DNA of 40,343 bases from Escherichia coli (GCF_003334355.1 NZ_QOWP01000033.1), one strand, 5' to 3'; positions 20,735 to 32,974 are shown, counted from the stretch's first letter. A program made the numbers and translations. The notes: generated by a model from the sequence alone, not told the origin.

Positions 20735-21733
20735 ATGAAAGTGACATTTGAGCAGTTAAAAGCAGCCTTTAATCGGGTCTTAATTTCACGCGGCGTTGAC
20801 AGCGAAACGGCTGACGCCTGTGCAGAGATGTTCGCCCGCACCACCGAATCCGGCGTTTATTCTCACGGCGTTAATCGTTTCCCTCGTTTCATTCAACAAC
20901 TGGAAAACGGCGATATCATTCCTGATGCCCAACCCAAACGTATAACCAGCCTCGGCGCAATTGAACAGTGGGACGCCCAGCGTTCGATCGGTAACCTGAC
21001 AGCGAAAAAGATGATGGATCGCGCCATTGAACTGGCTGCCGATCACGGTATTGGTCTGGTGGCACTACGTAATGCCAACCACTGGATGCGCGGCGGCAGC
21101 TACGGCTGGCAGGCGGCGGAAAAAGGCTATATTGGCATTTGCTGGACCAACTCCATCGCCGTAATGCCGCCGTGGGGCGCAAAAGAGTGTCGCATCGGCA
21201 CTAACCCGCTGATCGTCGCCATTCCTTCCACGCCGATCACCATGGTCGATATGTCGATGTCGATGTTCTCTTACGGCATGTTAGAAGTTAACCGTCTGGC
21301 AGGTCGTCAGCTCCCGGTCGATGGTGGCTTTGATGATGAGGGCAATTTGACCAAAGAACCTGGCGTTATCGAGAAGAATCGCCGCATTTTGCCGATGGGC
21401 TACTGGAAAGGTTCTGGCATGTCGATTGTGCTGGATATGATCGCTACTCTCCTTTCCGACGGCGCATCCGTTGCCGAAGTCACCCAGGACAACAGCGACG
21501 AATACGGCATTTCACAAATTTTTATTGCCATTGAAGTGGACAAGCTTATCGACGGTCCCACCCGCGATGCCAAGCTGCAACGCATCATGGATTACGTTAC
21601 TAGTGCCGAGCGTGCTGACGAAAATCAGGCCATTCGCTTACCCGGCCATGAATTTACTACCCTGCTGGCCGAAAACCGCCGTAACGGCATCACTGTTGAT
21701 GACAGCGTGTGGGCCAAAATCCAGGCGTTATGA
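20735..21733 (+). CDS. yiaK: 2,3-diketo-L-gulonate reductase (Ldh_2 family)
   Basis: 332 aa; good RBS (AAGGA) upstream; first gene of the operon. Confidence 0.93.
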
Positions 21734-21741
21734 GGAGATAA

Positions 21742-22212
<471 letters not shown>

Positions 22213-22329
22213 TCGAATAATCGTCTACGCCAGAACGCCTGGGTAATGTTATTGCTCTAACTATATTAATAATTCAGGTTGCTGCACATGCGACTTGAAT
22301 TATGACAGACATAGCCTCAAGGAATAGCT

Positions 22330-22803
22330 ATGAAAAAAATACTCGAAGCAATACTGGCGATTAATCTCGCCGTACTTTCCTGTATTGTATTTATAAACAT
22401 TATTTTAAGATATGGTTTTCAGACAAGCATTTTATCTGTTGATGAATTGTCACGTTATTTATTTGTCTGGTTAACGTTTATTGGCGCGATTGTAGCTTTT
22501 ATGGATAACGCCCACGTTCAGGTCACCTTTCTGGTGGAGAAACTCTCCCCCGCATGGCAGCGACGAGTCGCTCTGGTTACCCATTCCTTAATCTTATTTA
22601 TTTGTGGCGCACTGGCCTGGGGCACAACGCTAAAAACAATTCAGGACTGGAGCGATTATTCACCGATCCTCGGTTTACCCATCGGCCTGATGTATGCCGC
22701 TTGTCTGCCCACCAGCCTCGTTATCGCATTCTTTGAACTGCGTCATTTATATCAACTCATCACGCGTAGCAATTCTCTAACGTCGCCACCGCAAGGAGCT
22801 TAA
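22330..22803 (+). CDS. yiaM: TRAP transporter small permease (DctQ-like)
   Basis: 157-aa hydrophobic protein with RBS AAGGA; immediately precedes the large permease. Confidence 0.92.
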   Translation: MKKILEAILAINLAVLSCIVFINIILRYGFQTSILSVDELSRYLFVWLTFIGAIVAFMDNAHVQVTFLVEKLSPAWQRRVALVTHSLILFICGALAWGTTLKTIQDWSDYSPILGLPIGLMYAACLPTSLVIAFFELRHLYQLITRSNSLTSPPQGA

Positions 22804-22805
22804 TC

Positions 22806-24083
22806 ATGGCTGTGCTGATTTTTCTGGGCTGTCTGTTGGGTGGTATTGCTATCGGTTTGCCTATTGCCTGGGCACTGTTGTTGTGCGGGGCGGCGTTAAT
22901 GTTCTGGCTGGACATGTTTGATGTCCAGATCATGGCACAAACGCTGGTGAACGGAGCCGATAGCTTCTCCCTGCTGGCGATTCCGTTCTTTGTGCTGGCG
23001 GGTGAAATCATGAATGCGGGCGGCTTGTCAAAACGCATTGTTGACCTGCCGATGAAACTGGTGGGGCATAAACCAGGCGGGCTGGGCTACGTCGGCGTGC
23101 TGGCAGCTATGATTATGGCGAGCCTTTCTGGTTCTGCCGTTGCGGATACCGCCGCCGTTGCCGCTCTACTGGTGCCGATGATGCGCAGCGCCAACTATCC
23201 GGTCAACCGGGCGGCGGGGCTGATTGCCTCTGGCGGCATTATCGCGCCAATTATTCCCCCTTCCATTCCGTTTATTATCTTCGGCGTTTCCAGCGGATTA
23301 TCCATCAGTAAGCTGTTTATGGCGGGCATTGCCCCTGGCATGATGATGGGCGCAACGCTGATGCTTACCTGGTGGTGGCAGGCCAGTCGCCTTAATTTAC
23401 CCCGCCAGCAAAAAGCAACGATGCAGGAAATCTGGCACTCTTTTGTCTCCGGTATCTGGGCGCTGTTTCTTCCAGTCATCATTATTGGCGGGTTTCGCTC
23501 CGGTCTGTTTACCCCTACCGAAGCCGGGGCCGTTGCTGCTTTCTATGCGCTGTTTGTCGCCACAGTTATTTACCGTGAAATGACCTTCGCCACACTTTGG
23601 CATGTACTCATTGGCGCGGCGAAAACCACCTCAGTGGTTATGTTTCTGGTGGCCTCGGCACAAGTTTCCGCCTGGCTGATTACCATTGCTGAACTGCCGA
23701 TGATGGTTTCTGATTTACTGCAACCGTTGGTCGATTCACCGCGTCTGCTGTTTATCGTCATTATGGTGGCTATCCTGATTGTCGGCATGGTCATGGATTT
23801 AACGCCAACGGTATTAATTCTTACCCCGGTATTAATGCCTTTAGTTAAAGAGGCAGGAATCGATCCGATTTATTTCGGTGTCATGTTTATCATTAACTGC
23901 TCAATCGGCTTAATTACACCGCCTATCGGTAATGTACTTAACGTTATTTCAGGGGTGGCAAAACTCAAATTCGATGATGCAGTCAGAGGCGTTTTCCCTT
24001 ACGTCCTGGTTTTATATTCATTATTAGTCGTATTTGTTTTTATTCCCGATCTCATCATCCTCCCTTTGAAATGGATTAATTAA
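22806..24083 (+). CDS. yiaN: TRAP transporter large permease (DctM-like)
   Basis: 425-aa polytopic membrane protein, 2 nt after yiaM. Confidence 0.93.
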   Translation: MAVLIFLGCLLGGIAIGLPIAWALLLCGAALMFWLDMFDVQIMAQTLVNGADSFSLLAIPFFVLAGEIMNAGGLSKRIVDLPMKLVGHKPGGLGYVGVLAAMIMASLSGSAVADTAAVAALLVPMMRSANYPVNRAAGLIASGGIIAPIIPPSIPFIIFGVSSGLSISKLFMAGIAPGMMMGATLMLTWWWQASRLNLPRQQKATMQEIWHSFVSGIWALFLPVIIIGGFRSGLFTPTEAGAVAAFYALFVATVIYREMTFATLWHVLIGAAKTTSVVMFLVASAQVSAWLITIAELPMMVSDLLQPLVDSPRLLFIVIMVAILIVGMVMDLTPTVLILTPVLMPLVKEAGIDPIYFGVMFIINCSIGLITPPIGNVLNVISGVAKLKFDDAVRGVFPYVLVLYSLLVVFVFIPDLIILPLKWIN

Positions 24084-24095
24084 AAGGAAAATATT

Positions 24096-25082
24096 ATGAA
24101 ATTACGCTCTGTAACCTACGCATTATTCATTGCTGGCCTGGCTGCATTCAGCACATCTTCTCTGGCGGCACAATCTTTACGTTTCGGTTATGAAACATCA
24201 CAAACCGACTCGCAACATATTGCGGCGAAAAAATTCAATGATTTATTGCAGGAGAGAACCAAAGGCGAGCTGAAATTAAAACTGTTCCCGGACAGCACTC
24301 TCGGTAACGCGCAGGCGATGATCAGCGGCGTACGTGGCGGCACCATCGATATGGAAATGTCCGGCTCGAATAACTTTGCCGGGTTATCACCAGTGATGAA
24401 CTTGCTTGATGTCCCTTTCCTGTTCCGCGATACCGCTCACGCGCATAAAACGCTCGACGGCAAAGTCGGTGATGATCTGAAAGCCTCACTTGAAGGTAAA
24501 GGACTGAAAGTACTGGCCTACTGGGAAAACGGCTGGCGCGATGTCACCAACTCGCGCGCACCGGTTAAAACCCCCGCCGACCTGAAAGGGCTGAAAATCC
24601 GCACCAACAATAGCCCGATGAATATCGCCGCATTCAAAGTCTTTGGCGCTAACCCGATCCCGATGCCGTTTGCCGAAGTCTATACCGGGCTGGAAACCCG
24701 CACTATCGACGCTCAGGAACACCCGATCAACGTCGTCTGGTCAGCAAAATTTTTCGAAGTGCAGAAGTTCCTTTCTCTGACGCACCACGCCTATTCCCCG
24801 CTTCTGGTGGTGATCAACAAAGCGAAGTTTGATGGCTTAAGTCCGGAGTTCCAGCAGGCGCTAGTTTCATCTGCACAAGAAGCGGGTAACTATCAGCGCA
24901 AACTGGTTGCTGAAGATCAGCAAAAAATCATCGACGGCATGAAAGAAGCGGGCGTGGAAGTCATCACCGATCTCGACCGCAAAGCCTTTAGCGACGCACT
25001 GGGGAATCAGGTTCGCGACATGTTTGTTAAAGATGTGCCGCAGGGAGCTGATCTGCTGAAAGCCGTGGATGAGGTGCAATAA
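24096..25082 (+). CDS. yiaO: TRAP transporter periplasmic solute-binding protein (DctP-like)
   Basis: 328 aa with signal peptide MKLRSVTYALFIAGLAAFSTSSLAA. Confidence 0.93.
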   Translation: MKLRSVTYALFIAGLAAFSTSSLAAQSLRFGYETSQTDSQHIAAKKFNDLLQERTKGELKLKLFPDSTLGNAQAMISGVRGGTIDMEMSGSNNFAGLSPVMNLLDVPFLFRDTAHAHKTLDGKVGDDLKASLEGKGLKVLAYWENGWRDVTNSRAPVKTPADLKGLKIRTNNSPMNIAAFKVFGANPIPMPFAEVYTGLETRTIDAQEHPINVVWSAKFFEVQKFLSLTHHAYSPLLVVINKAKFDGLSPEFQQALVSSAQEAGNYQRKLVAEDQQKIIDGMKEAGVEVITDLDRKAFSDALGNQVRDMFVKDVPQGADLLKAVDEVQ

Positions 25083-25085
25083 ACC

Positions 25086-26582
25086 ATGACGCAATACTGG
25101 CTGGGGTTAGATTGTGGCGGTAGCTGGCTGAAAGCCGGGCTGTATGACCGCGAAGGCCGGGAGGCAGGCGTGCAGCGCCTGCCGCTGTGCGCATTAAGCC
25201 CGCAGCCAGGCTGGGCAGAGCGCGATATGGCAGAACTGTGGCAATGCTGCATGGCTGTCATTCGCGCCCTGCTTACTCATTCTGGTGTTAGCGGGGAACA
25301 AATTGTCGGTATCGGCATCTCCGCACAGGGAAAGGGCTTGTTTTTGCTGGATAAAAACGACAAACCGCTCGGGAATGCTATTTTGTCCTCGGACCGCCGG
25401 GCGATGGAAATCGTTCGTCGCTGGCAGGAAGATGGCATCCCGGAAAAACTCTACCCGCTGACCCGACAAACCTTGTGGACCGGGCATCCGGTGTCGCTGT
25501 TACGCTGGCTGAAAGAGCACGAACCAGAACGCTACGCGCAAATTGGCTGCGTGATGATGACGCACGACTACCTGCGCTGGTGTTTAACTGGCGTCAAAGG
25601 CTGTGAAGAGAGCAATATTTCCGAGTCCAACCTCTACAACATGAGTCTTGGGGAATATGACCCGTGCCTCACCGACTGGCTGGGGATCGCTGAAATCAAT
25701 CACGCCCTGCCGCCTGTTGTCGGATCTGCCGAAATCTGCGGGGAGATCACCGCTCAGACAGCCGCCCTGACCGGTCTGAAAGCGGGTACGCCCGTTGTTG
25801 GCGGCCTGTTTGATGTGGTTTCCACCGCACTCTGCGCCGGGATCGAAGACGAATTTACCCTCAATGCGGTGATGGGGACCTGGGCGGTGACCAGCGGCAT
25901 AACCCGCGGTTTACGTGACGGTGAAGCGCATCCGTATGTCTATGGTCGCTACGTTAACGATGGTGAATTTATCGTTCACGAAGCCAGCCCTACCTCTTCC
26001 GGCAACCTCGAATAGTTTACCGCACAGTGGGGAGAAATCTCGTTTGATGAGATCAATCAGGCCGTTGCCAGCTTGCCGAAGGCTGGGGGCGATCTCTTTT
26101 TCCTGCCGTTCCTGTACGGCAGCAACGCCGGACTCGAGATGACCAGTGGTTTCTACGGGATGCAGGCCATTCACACCCGCGCGCACCTGTTGCAGGCCAT
26201 CTATGAAGGGGTGGTGTTCAGCCATATGACCCACCTCAACCGAATGCGCGAACGTTTTACTGATGTTCACACCCTACGCGTCACTGGCGGCCCGGCGCAC
26301 TCCGATGTCTGGATGCAAATGCTGGCGGACGTCAGCGGTCTGCGTATCGAGCTGCCGCAGGTGGAAGAAACCGGCTGCTTTGGTGCGACCCTTGCCGCCC
26401 GCGTCGGCACCGGGGTTTATCACAACTTCAGCGAAGCCCAACGTGACTTGCGACACCCGGTGCGCACCCTGCTGCCAGATATGACCGCCCATCAGCTTTA
26501 CCAAAAAAAATATCAACGTTATCAGCATCTCATTGCCGCACTTCAGGGCTTTCACGCCCGCATTAAGGAGCACACATTATGA
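25086..26582 (+). pseudogene. lyxK: L-xylulose kinase interrupted by in-frame amber codon (TAG at 26013-26015)
   Basis: A single 499-codon frame (498 aa plus stop) is split into 309 aa (25086..26015) and a same-frame continuation to 26582. The stop falls where paralogous XylB in this window has a Trp (LDWAAK versus lyxK NLE*FTAQW), consistent with TGG to TAG. Confidence 0.85.
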
Positions 26583-27241
26583 GCCGACCACTTCTGCAAC
26601 TGGCCCTCGACCACTCATCACTTGAAGCCGCGCAGCGCGACGTGACGCTGTTAAAAGACAGCGTCGATATCGTCGAAGCGGGCACCATTCTCTGTTTAAA
26701 CGAAGGGCTTGGCGCGGTGAAAGCCTTGCGCGAACAGTGCCCGGACAAAATCATCGTTGCTGACTGGAAGGTCGCCGACGCTGGTGAAACGCTCGCGCAA
26801 CAGGCGTTTGGCGCAGGCGCTAACTGGATGACCATCATCTGCGCCGCGCCGCTCGCGACGGTAGAAAAAGGCCACGCAATGGCACAACGCTGCGGGGGTG
26901 AAATTCAGATAGAGCTGTTCGGTAACTGGACGCTGGACGACGCCCGCGACTGGCATCGTATTGGCGTGCGGCAGGCCATTTATCATCGCGGTCGTGATGC
27001 ACAGGCCAGCGGGCAACAGTGGGGCGAAGCCGATCTGGCACGCATGAAGGCGCTTTCAGATATCGGCCTTGAGCTTTCCATTACTGGCGGGATTACCCCT
27101 GCTGACCTGCCGCTGTTTAAAGATATCCGCGTGAAAGCGTTTATTGCCGGGCGGGCACTGGCAGGCGCGGCAAATCCGGCGCAAGTGGCTGGCGATTTCC
27201 ATGCGCAAATCGACGCTATCTGGGGAGGTGCGCGTGCGTAA
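26579..27241 (+). CDS. sgbH: 3-keto-L-gulonate-6-phosphate decarboxylase
   Basis: 220 aa; ATGA overlap with the lyxK stop; OMP-decarboxylase-like fold family. Confidence 0.93.
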   Translation: MSRPLLQLALDHSSLEAAQRDVTLLKDSVDIVEAGTILCLNEGLGAVKALREQCPDKIIVADWKVADAGETLAQQAFGAGANWMTIICAAPLATVEKGHAMAQRCGGEIQIELFGNWTLDDARDWHRIGVRQAIYHRGRDAQASGQQWGEADLARMKALSDIGLELSITGGITPADLPLFKDIRVKAFIAGRALAGAANPAQVAGDFHAQIDAIWGGARA

Positions 27242-28094
27242 TCATCCGTTAGGGATTTATGAAAAAGCGCTGGCGAAAGATCTCTCCTGGCCGGAGCGGC
27301 TGGTGCTGGCAAAAAGCTGCGGTTTTGATTTTGTCGAAATGTCGGTGGATGAAACCGACGAACGGCTCTCACGTCTTGACTGGAGCGCCGCACAAAGGAC
27401 TTCGCTGGTTGCCGCGATGATCGAAACAGGTGTTGGGATCCCGTCGATGTGCCTGTCCGCACATCGTCGCTTTCCCTTTGGTAGCCGTGACGAGGCAGTG
27501 CGCGAACGGGCGCGGGAAATCATGAGTAAAGCGATTCGCCTGGCGCGCGATCTCGGCATTCGCACCATCCAGCTGGCAGGTTATGACGTCTATTACGAAG
27601 ACCACGACGAAGGCACCCGGCAACGTTTTGCTGAAGGGCTGGCGTGGGCAGTCGAACAGGCGGCGGCATCACAAGTAATGCTGGCGGTGGAGATTATGGA
27701 TACCGCGTTTATGAACTCCATCAGCAAATGGAAAAAATGGGACGAGATGCTCGCCTCACCGTGGTTCACCGTCTACCCGGACGTCGGCAACCTCAGCGCC
27801 TGGGGCAATGATGTTCCCGCCGAACTGAAACTGGGCATTGACCGTATCGCCGCGATCCACCTGAAAGACACCCAGCCAGTCACCGGGCAAAGTCCCGGAC
27901 AGTTCCGCGACGTGCCGTTTGGCGAAGGCTGCGTCGATTTCGTTGGCATCTTCAAAACGCTGCATAAACTGAACTATCGCGGTTCTTTCCTGATTGAGAT
28001 GTGGACCGAAAAAGCCAAAGAGCCGGTGCTGGAGATTATTCAGGCGCGGCGTTGGATTGAAGCGCGTATGCAGGAGGCTGGATTTATATGTTAG
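27234..28094 (+). CDS. sgbU: L-xylulose-5-phosphate 3-epimerase
   Basis: ORF from 27144; likely GTG start at 27234 ([13 protein letters not shown]) giving 286 aa, overlapping sgbH by 8 nt. Confidence 0.88.
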   Translation: MRNHPLGIYEKALAKDLSWPERLVLAKSCGFDFVEMSVDETDERLSRLDWSAAQRTSLVAAMIETGVGIPSMCLSAHRRFPFGSRDEAVRERAREIMSKAIRLARDLGIRTIQLAGYDVYYEDHDEGTRQRFAEGLAWAVEQAAASQVMLAVEIMDTAFMNSISKWKKWDEMLASPWFTVYPDVGNLSAWGNDVPAELKLGIDRIAAIHLKDTQPVTGQSPGQFRDVPFGEGCVDFVGIFKTLHKLNYRGSFLIEMWTEKAKEPVLEIIQARRWIEARMQEAGFIC

Positions 28095-28783
28095 AGCAAC
28101 TGAAAGCCGACGTGCTGGCGGCGAATCTGGCGCTTCCCGCTCACCATCTGGTGACGTTCACCTGGGGCAATGTCAGCGCGGTAGACGAAACGCGGCAATG
28201 GATGGTAATCAAACCTTCCGGCGTCGAGTACGACGTGATGACCGCCGACGATATGGTGGTGGTTGAGATAGCCAGCGGTAAGGTGGTGGAAGGCAGCAAA
28301 AAACCCTCTTCCGATACACCAACGCATCTGGCGCTCTACCGTCGCTATGCCGAAATTGGCGGTATTGTGCATACCCACTCGCGCCACGCCACCATCTGGT
28401 CACAGGCCGGGCTGGATCTCCCCGCCTGGGGCACCACCCACGCCGATTATTTTTACGGTGCCATCCCCTGCACGCGACAGATGACCGCAGAGGAGATTAA
28501 CGACGAATATGAATATCAGACCGGCGAAGTGATCATTGAAACCTTCGAAGAACGTGGCAGGAGTCCGGCACAAATCCCGGCGGTGCTGGTGCATTCTCAC
28601 GGCCCGTTCGCATGGGGTAAAAACGCCGCCGATGCCGTGCATAACGCCGTAGTACTCGAAGAATGCGCCTATATGGGTCTATTCTCGCGCCAGCTTGCGC
28701 CGCAGCTCCCTGCGATGCAAAACGAACTGCTGGATAAGCACTACCTGCGTAAGCATGGGGCCAATGCCTATTACGGGCAGTAA
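28088..28783 (+). CDS. sgbE: L-ribulose-5-phosphate 4-epimerase (class II aldolase family)
   Basis: 231 aa, overlapping sgbU by 7 nt; last gene of the operon. Confidence 0.93.
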   Translation: MLEQLKADVLAANLALPAHHLVTFTWGNVSAVDETRQWMVIKPSGVEYDVMTADDMVVVEIASGKVVEGSKKPSSDTPTHLALYRRYAEIGGIVHTHSRHATIWSQAGLDLPAWGTTHADYFYGAIPCTRQMTAEEINDEYEYQTGEVIIETFEERGRSPAQIPAVLVHSHGPFAWGKNAADAVHNAVVLEECAYMGLFSRQLAPQLPAMQNELLDKHYLRKHGANAYYGQ

Positions 28784-28791
28784 TCCCTCAC

Positions 28792-28813
28792 GCCGGGGCT
28801 TCATCGCCCCGGC
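28792..28813 (+). terminator. Stem-loop at the 3' end of the yiaK-sgbE operon (no U-tract)
   Basis: GCCGGGGC (28792-28799) / GCCCCGGC (28806-28813) with a 6-nt loop, 9 nt after the sgbE stop; no following T-run, so intrinsic termination is uncertain. Confidence 0.3.
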
Positions 28814-29129
28814 ACTACGAATTGATATGTTCCTTGCTGTAACGCCGCTTCCACGCTGCTGGCGTTAAACCAGTATGTTTCTGAAAAATCTGCCGGAAAT
28901 AGCCAACGTCATTAAACCGTATTGCATGGAGCAGGCCGACAACGTCGAGTCACTGCATAACCTGTTGCTGCCCGCCGATGCGCCATTTACGACATTTGAA
29001 GGCAAGGGATTGTTCAGCCATAAGATCCTGATTCAGACGCCAGGTTCCCGGTATGAACAGAGCAATCCAGAGCAACAACCTTTGTGGCATTACGACGGAG
29101 CACCAGCCGCACCGACATCCACCGGTGAA

Positions 29130-29870
29130 TTAAAAACGCCAGCTCACCCCGGTGACAAAGGTAAAACTCTCATTACGATCAATCATCGGGCTGTCGGTAA
29201 TCTCTTCCGGCAGCTCGCTGTATCCTGCGCTCGCCATCAATACGACGTGCTCTCCTATCGGGTATTTTGCCGTCAGGCTGACATAGGGCACCCAGGCATC
29301 CTGCGCGGAATAACTTGCCAGACCGCTACGACGGGACTCACTCTCTGAAATGCCATAGTAATAGTCACTGAAATTCTCGTCATAATAGAGAACGCCCAGC
29401 GCAGGTGTCAGCGACAGACGACCTATCTGCATTTTGTGGAATACCGATAGCTCCCCCACCCAGCCGTTGCTGTTATCCAGAACGTCCGCAGCTGCAGAGG
29501 CTTTCACGGTTCCCCAACGCTCGTGGTGATACCAGGCACCCCCCGCCATAGCCGTACTATCACGCTTATCAAGCTGTTGCATGGCATAATCGTCATTATC
29601 GGTAGGGTCAAATTCCAGCGGCATCCAGGATGCGGTCAGGCTAAGTTCATTTTTTTCACTTTGCGACAGAATAAAACCTAACGTGGTCTGACGAACATAA
29701 AAAGTATCACCTTCATAACTAATCAGCGGAATTGCCTTCGTATTTTCATTATAACCGCGATAAGGCGATTCATTATAAGCCGCACCAGCACCAATGGATA
29801 ATTCAGAAGCAGTTGCGCTTGCCATAAAAGGCAACGCAAATAACGCCACAATATTGCGATTAATTAACAT
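29130..29870 (-). CDS. yiaT: Outer membrane protein, MipA/OmpV family
   Basis: 246 aa with signal peptide MLINRNIVALFALPFMASATA and C-terminal aromatic residue (…GVSWRF) typical of beta-barrel OMPs. Confidence 0.9.
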   Translation of the reverse strand: MLINRNIVALFALPFMASATASELSIGAGAAYNESPYRGYNENTKAIPLISYEGDTFYVRQTTLGFILSQSEKNELSLTASWMPLEFDPTDNDDYAMQQLDKRDSTAMAGGAWYHHERWGTVKASAAADVLDNSNGWVGELSVFHKMQIGRLSLTPALGVLYYDENFSDYYYGISESESRRSGLASYSAQDAWVPYVSLTAKYPIGEHVVLMASAGYSELPEEITDSPMIDRNESFTFVTGVSWRF

Positions 29871-29993
29871 GTCCGGTATTCCATTTTAAAATAAGATAAA
29901 AAAGAGTCGGCATAATAATGCTTACAATTTCTCCGGTGCAAGATTCATATTTATATAGTAATATATAAAATTATATATAATTGGGCTGTTGCG

Positions 29994-30968
29994 ATGACAA
30001 AATTACAACTTAAGTACCGGGAGTTAAAAATTATCTCGGTAATCGCTGCCAGTGAAAATATCAGCCATGCCGCGACTGTACTTGGCATCGCACAGGCCAA
30101 CGTCAGCAAATATCTTGCTGATTTTGAATCAAAAGTGGGTTTAAAAGTCTTTGACCGAACCACCCGGCAGCTGATGCTCACACCTTTTGGCACCGCGCTG
30201 TTACCGTACATCAACGACATGCTGGACAGAAACGAGCAACTTAATAATTTTATTGCAGATTATAAGCATGAGAAACGTGGTCGGGTCACCATCTACGCCC
30301 CAACCGGCATAATTACCTATTTATCCAAACATGTAATCGATAAAATTAAAGATATCGGTGATATCACCTTATCGCTAAAAACCTGCAATCTTGAGCGTAA
30401 TGCCTTTTATGAAGGCGTCGAATTTCCTGATGATTGTGATGTTTTAATCAGCTACGCTCCACCAAAAGATGAATCGCTGGTTGCCAGTTTTATTACCCAA
30501 TATGCCGTAACCGCTTATGCCAGCCAGCGCTATCTTGAGAAACATCCCATTAGCCGTCCTGACGAACTCGAACATCACTCCTGTATTTTGATCGACTCGA
30601 TGATGATCGACGACGCGAATATCTGGCGCTTCAACGTCGCCGGGAGTAAAGAGGTGCGGGATTATCGCGTGAAGGGAAATTACGTTTGCGACAACACGCA
30701 ATCTGCGCTGGAGCTGGCACGAAATCACCTGGGGATTGTGTTTGCGCCAGACAAAAGTGTGCAGAGCGACCTGCAAGACGGCACGCTGGTGCCCTGCTTT
30801 CAGCACCCGTATGAATGGTGGCTGGATCTGGTGGCTATCTTCCGTAAACGGGAATACCAGCCCTGGCGGGTCCAGTATGTGCTGGATGAAATGCTGCGTG
30901 AAATTCGCCACCAGCTTGCTCAGTCGCAGCAATTGCGGCCTGAACAAGCAGCGGAAAGCGAAGATTAA
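29994..30968 (+). CDS. yiaU: LysR-family transcriptional regulator
   Basis: 324 aa; N-terminal LysR HTH (…[33 protein letters not shown]…). Confidence 0.9.
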   Translation: MTKLQLKYRELKIISVIAASENISHAATVLGIAQANVSKYLADFESKVGLKVFDRTTRQLMLTPFGTALLPYINDMLDRNEQLNNFIADYKHEKRGRVTIYAPTGIITYLSKHVIDKIKDIGDITLSLKTCNLERNAFYEGVEFPDDCDVLISYAPPKDESLVASFITQYAVTAYASQRYLEKHPISRPDELEHHSCILIDSMMIDDANIWRFNVAGSKEVRDYRVKGNYVCDNTQSALELARNHLGIVFAPDKSVQSDLQDGTLVPCFQHPYEWWLDLVAIFRKREYQPWRVQYVLDEMLREIRHQLAQSQQLRPEQAAESED

Positions 30969-32101
30969 TGATCGAGATAAAGGTAATGCACCCAACTGGT
31001 CATGCGTAACAGCACTTTGCGCATCACCGAGACATGGCTGAAATGATCAGAGTAGACCGCCACCTGGGCGTAAATACCGTCTGGTAAAGCGCTCAAATCA
31101 GTGTGCTCATCCAGTTCAATGGTCGCGATAACGCCATCTGAACCCGGCGCTATGTTTAACGTCTGTAAGGTGCCGGTCGACTGATAAGCTCCGCCGGGAA
31201 CAGCTGGACTAATGGCTGCCAGCTTACCGCTGAACACTTTGCCTGGCAGAGCGTTAAATACCACTTCCGCATCATCGCCGGGAGCCAGGCGCAGCAAGGA
31301 GTTCTGACGGAACTGCGCCACGATTTGTCGTTTCTGATCGGGTATAAACACCATCACCGGACGTAGCGGCAGCGACGCGGCATAGGTACCCGGACGAATC
31401 AGCACCTGGGTCACATAACCATCGCTCGGCGCACGCACTATCGTCTGCTCAAGGTTATATTTTGCTTCCGCGAGCTGCGCTTTCAGGCTGGCGATTTGAG
31501 AATGTTCACCCAACACCAGGCTATCCAGCTGGCTCTGGATCTGTTTTTGTTCCGCCGCCGATGACTTTACGGAGGCTTCCTGCGCCAGATAATTTTGCCG
31601 CGCCACATCAATATCGCGTTCTGAAAACGGGTTTACTTTCGCCTGGCTGCCGCGTGCGTAACGCTGATACTCTTTAGCGAATTTATCCCGCGTGGCCTTT
31701 GCCTGCTGAGTATTCGCCGCCATCTCATCTAACTCTGCGCCCAACGCCCGCTGTTTATGTTCTGCGGTAACGATATCCGCCATCAGCCGATCCACCCGCG
31801 CCTGATAACGCGTCGGGTCCAGTCGAAATAGCACCTCACCTTTTTTAATCAGCGTATTTTTCTTATCCGTCACTTCGATCACCACGCCTGTCACCTGTGG
31901 GACAACAGGAATAGAAATAACCGCTTTTTGCGCTTTGAAGGTATACGGATGGTTATAGTTCATTAACAGAATTAAACCACTGACAATAAATATGCCACCC
32001 AGAGCCGCTGTGGGAATGGTCCATTTATTTACAGGAATTTTGAAGATCTTAAACATTGCCCATGCAAAAGCCACATAGGTCAAAACAATCAGTAAATCCA
32101 T
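30965..32101 (-). CDS. yiaV: Membrane fusion protein (HlyD/EmrA/AaeA family)
   Basis: 378 aa; N-terminal TM helix, coiled-coil segment, beta-barrel region; convergent with yiaU with overlapping stop codons. Confidence 0.9.
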   Translation of the reverse strand: MDLLIVLTYVAFAWAMFKIFKIPVNKWTIPTAALGGIFIVSGLILLMNYNHPYTFKAQKAVISIPVVPQVTGVVIEVTDKKNTLIKKGEVLFRLDPTRYQARVDRLMADIVTAEHKQRALGAELDEMAANTQQAKATRDKFAKEYQRYARGSQAKVNPFSERDIDVARQNYLAQEASVKSSAAEQKQIQSQLDSLVLGEHSQIASLKAQLAEAKYNLEQTIVRAPSDGYVTQVLIRPGTYAASLPLRPVMVFIPDQKRQIVAQFRQNSLLRLAPGDDAEVVFNALPGKVFSGKLAAISPAVPGGAYQSTGTLQTLNIAPGSDGVIATIELDEHTDLSALPDGIYAQVAVYSDHFSHVSVMRKVLLRMTSWVHYLYLDH

Positions 32102-32106
32102 AAGTA

Positions 32107-32430
32107 TTACTCGGCAGAAGAGGATTTGATGTCGGCGAGCTGTTTCTCCAGCCCGGCAATACGCTGTTGTAGTTGCACAACGGAGGAGTCATGGTTTTGC
32201 ATTCCCCATCCCCGCTCCGGGCGGTAAAGCGTGGCCCAAATCCACAAAAATGGCCAGATAACATGCAGCGTAAAAAGACTCACCCAACCAGCAACATGAA
32301 TGGCGTCGGCATGAGGATGATTACGTTTTTTAGCAATCAGGTAGGGAATATCATGTAAAATAATAATCCCATAGAATATCACCAGAAATACAAAAATAAG
32401 CACTCCCAGTGCAAAATAGTCCAGGAACAT
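32107..32430 (-). CDS. yiaW: Small inner membrane protein (DUF3302)
   Basis: ORF to 32460; likely start [10 protein letters not shown] giving 107 aa; 5 nt upstream of yiaV in the same orientation. Confidence 0.85.
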   Translation of the reverse strand: MFLDYFALGVLIFVFLVIFYGIIILHDIPYLIAKKRNHPHADAIHVAGWVSLFTLHVIWPFLWIWATLYRPERGWGMQNHDSSVVQLQQRIAGLEKQLADIKSSSAE

Positions 32431-32860
32431 ATTTCCCTCAAAGAATATAAAAAAGAACAATTAACGCATATTATGAAATGCCATGATGCAGTGCAATTTC
32501 CTTATTTATATAACGACATATTGTTTTTTATATACTTTCTGAAATGTGCTGTCTGGTTTTTCAACAGGACGAGGTTTATCATATTGAAATAGTGGAACTA
32601 TTGGCCAAACTAATGAATAACTCCAGTAAAACATCCACAGTACAGATTAAGCGTATTAAACCTTCAATTATCTACCGTTTATTGCTGATTGGCCTCGGAT
32701 CACCAATGGTGATTTACGGCCTGGTTCGCCCGCTCACCATCGAAACGCGAGATTAAACTCCTGACAAAACACGCCCCAGAAACGCACTTCTGTTGGCGTA
32801 GTCTGGGTTATTGCGCACGTAGGTTTAAAACGTAAATTGTAACAACGTGCGCTTTGTTTA

Positions 32861-32944
32861 TGCCGGATGCGGCGTGTACGCCTTATCCGGCCTACGGTCA
32901 GGTTCCCGTAGGCATGATAAGACGCGTAAGCGTCGCATCAGGCA
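32861..32944. repeat. BIME (two REP units)
   Basis: TGCCGGATGCGGCGTGTACGCCTTATCCGGCCTAC at 32861-32895 and GTAGGCATGATAAGACGCGTAAGCGTCGCATCAGGCA at 32908-32944, downstream of aldB. Confidence 0.7.
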
Positions 32945-32974
32945 ATGAATACCCAATGCGACCAGCTTCTTATA

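Noticed and set aside
28875-29348. 157-aa + strand ORF in the sgbE-yiaT gap
   Set aside because: No Shine-Dalgarno upstream of the ATG; the 3' 219 nt overlap yiaT on the opposite strand; composition not protein-like. The 346-bp gap is more likely untranslated sequence, though an unannotated small gene in 28875-29129 cannot be fully excluded.
32544-32756. 70-aa + strand ORF in the yiaW-aldB intergenic region
   Set aside because: No convincing RBS at either the first ATG or the internal Met; AT-rich promoter-like context. I could not recall whether an annotated pseudogene remnant lies here, so it is left uncalled.
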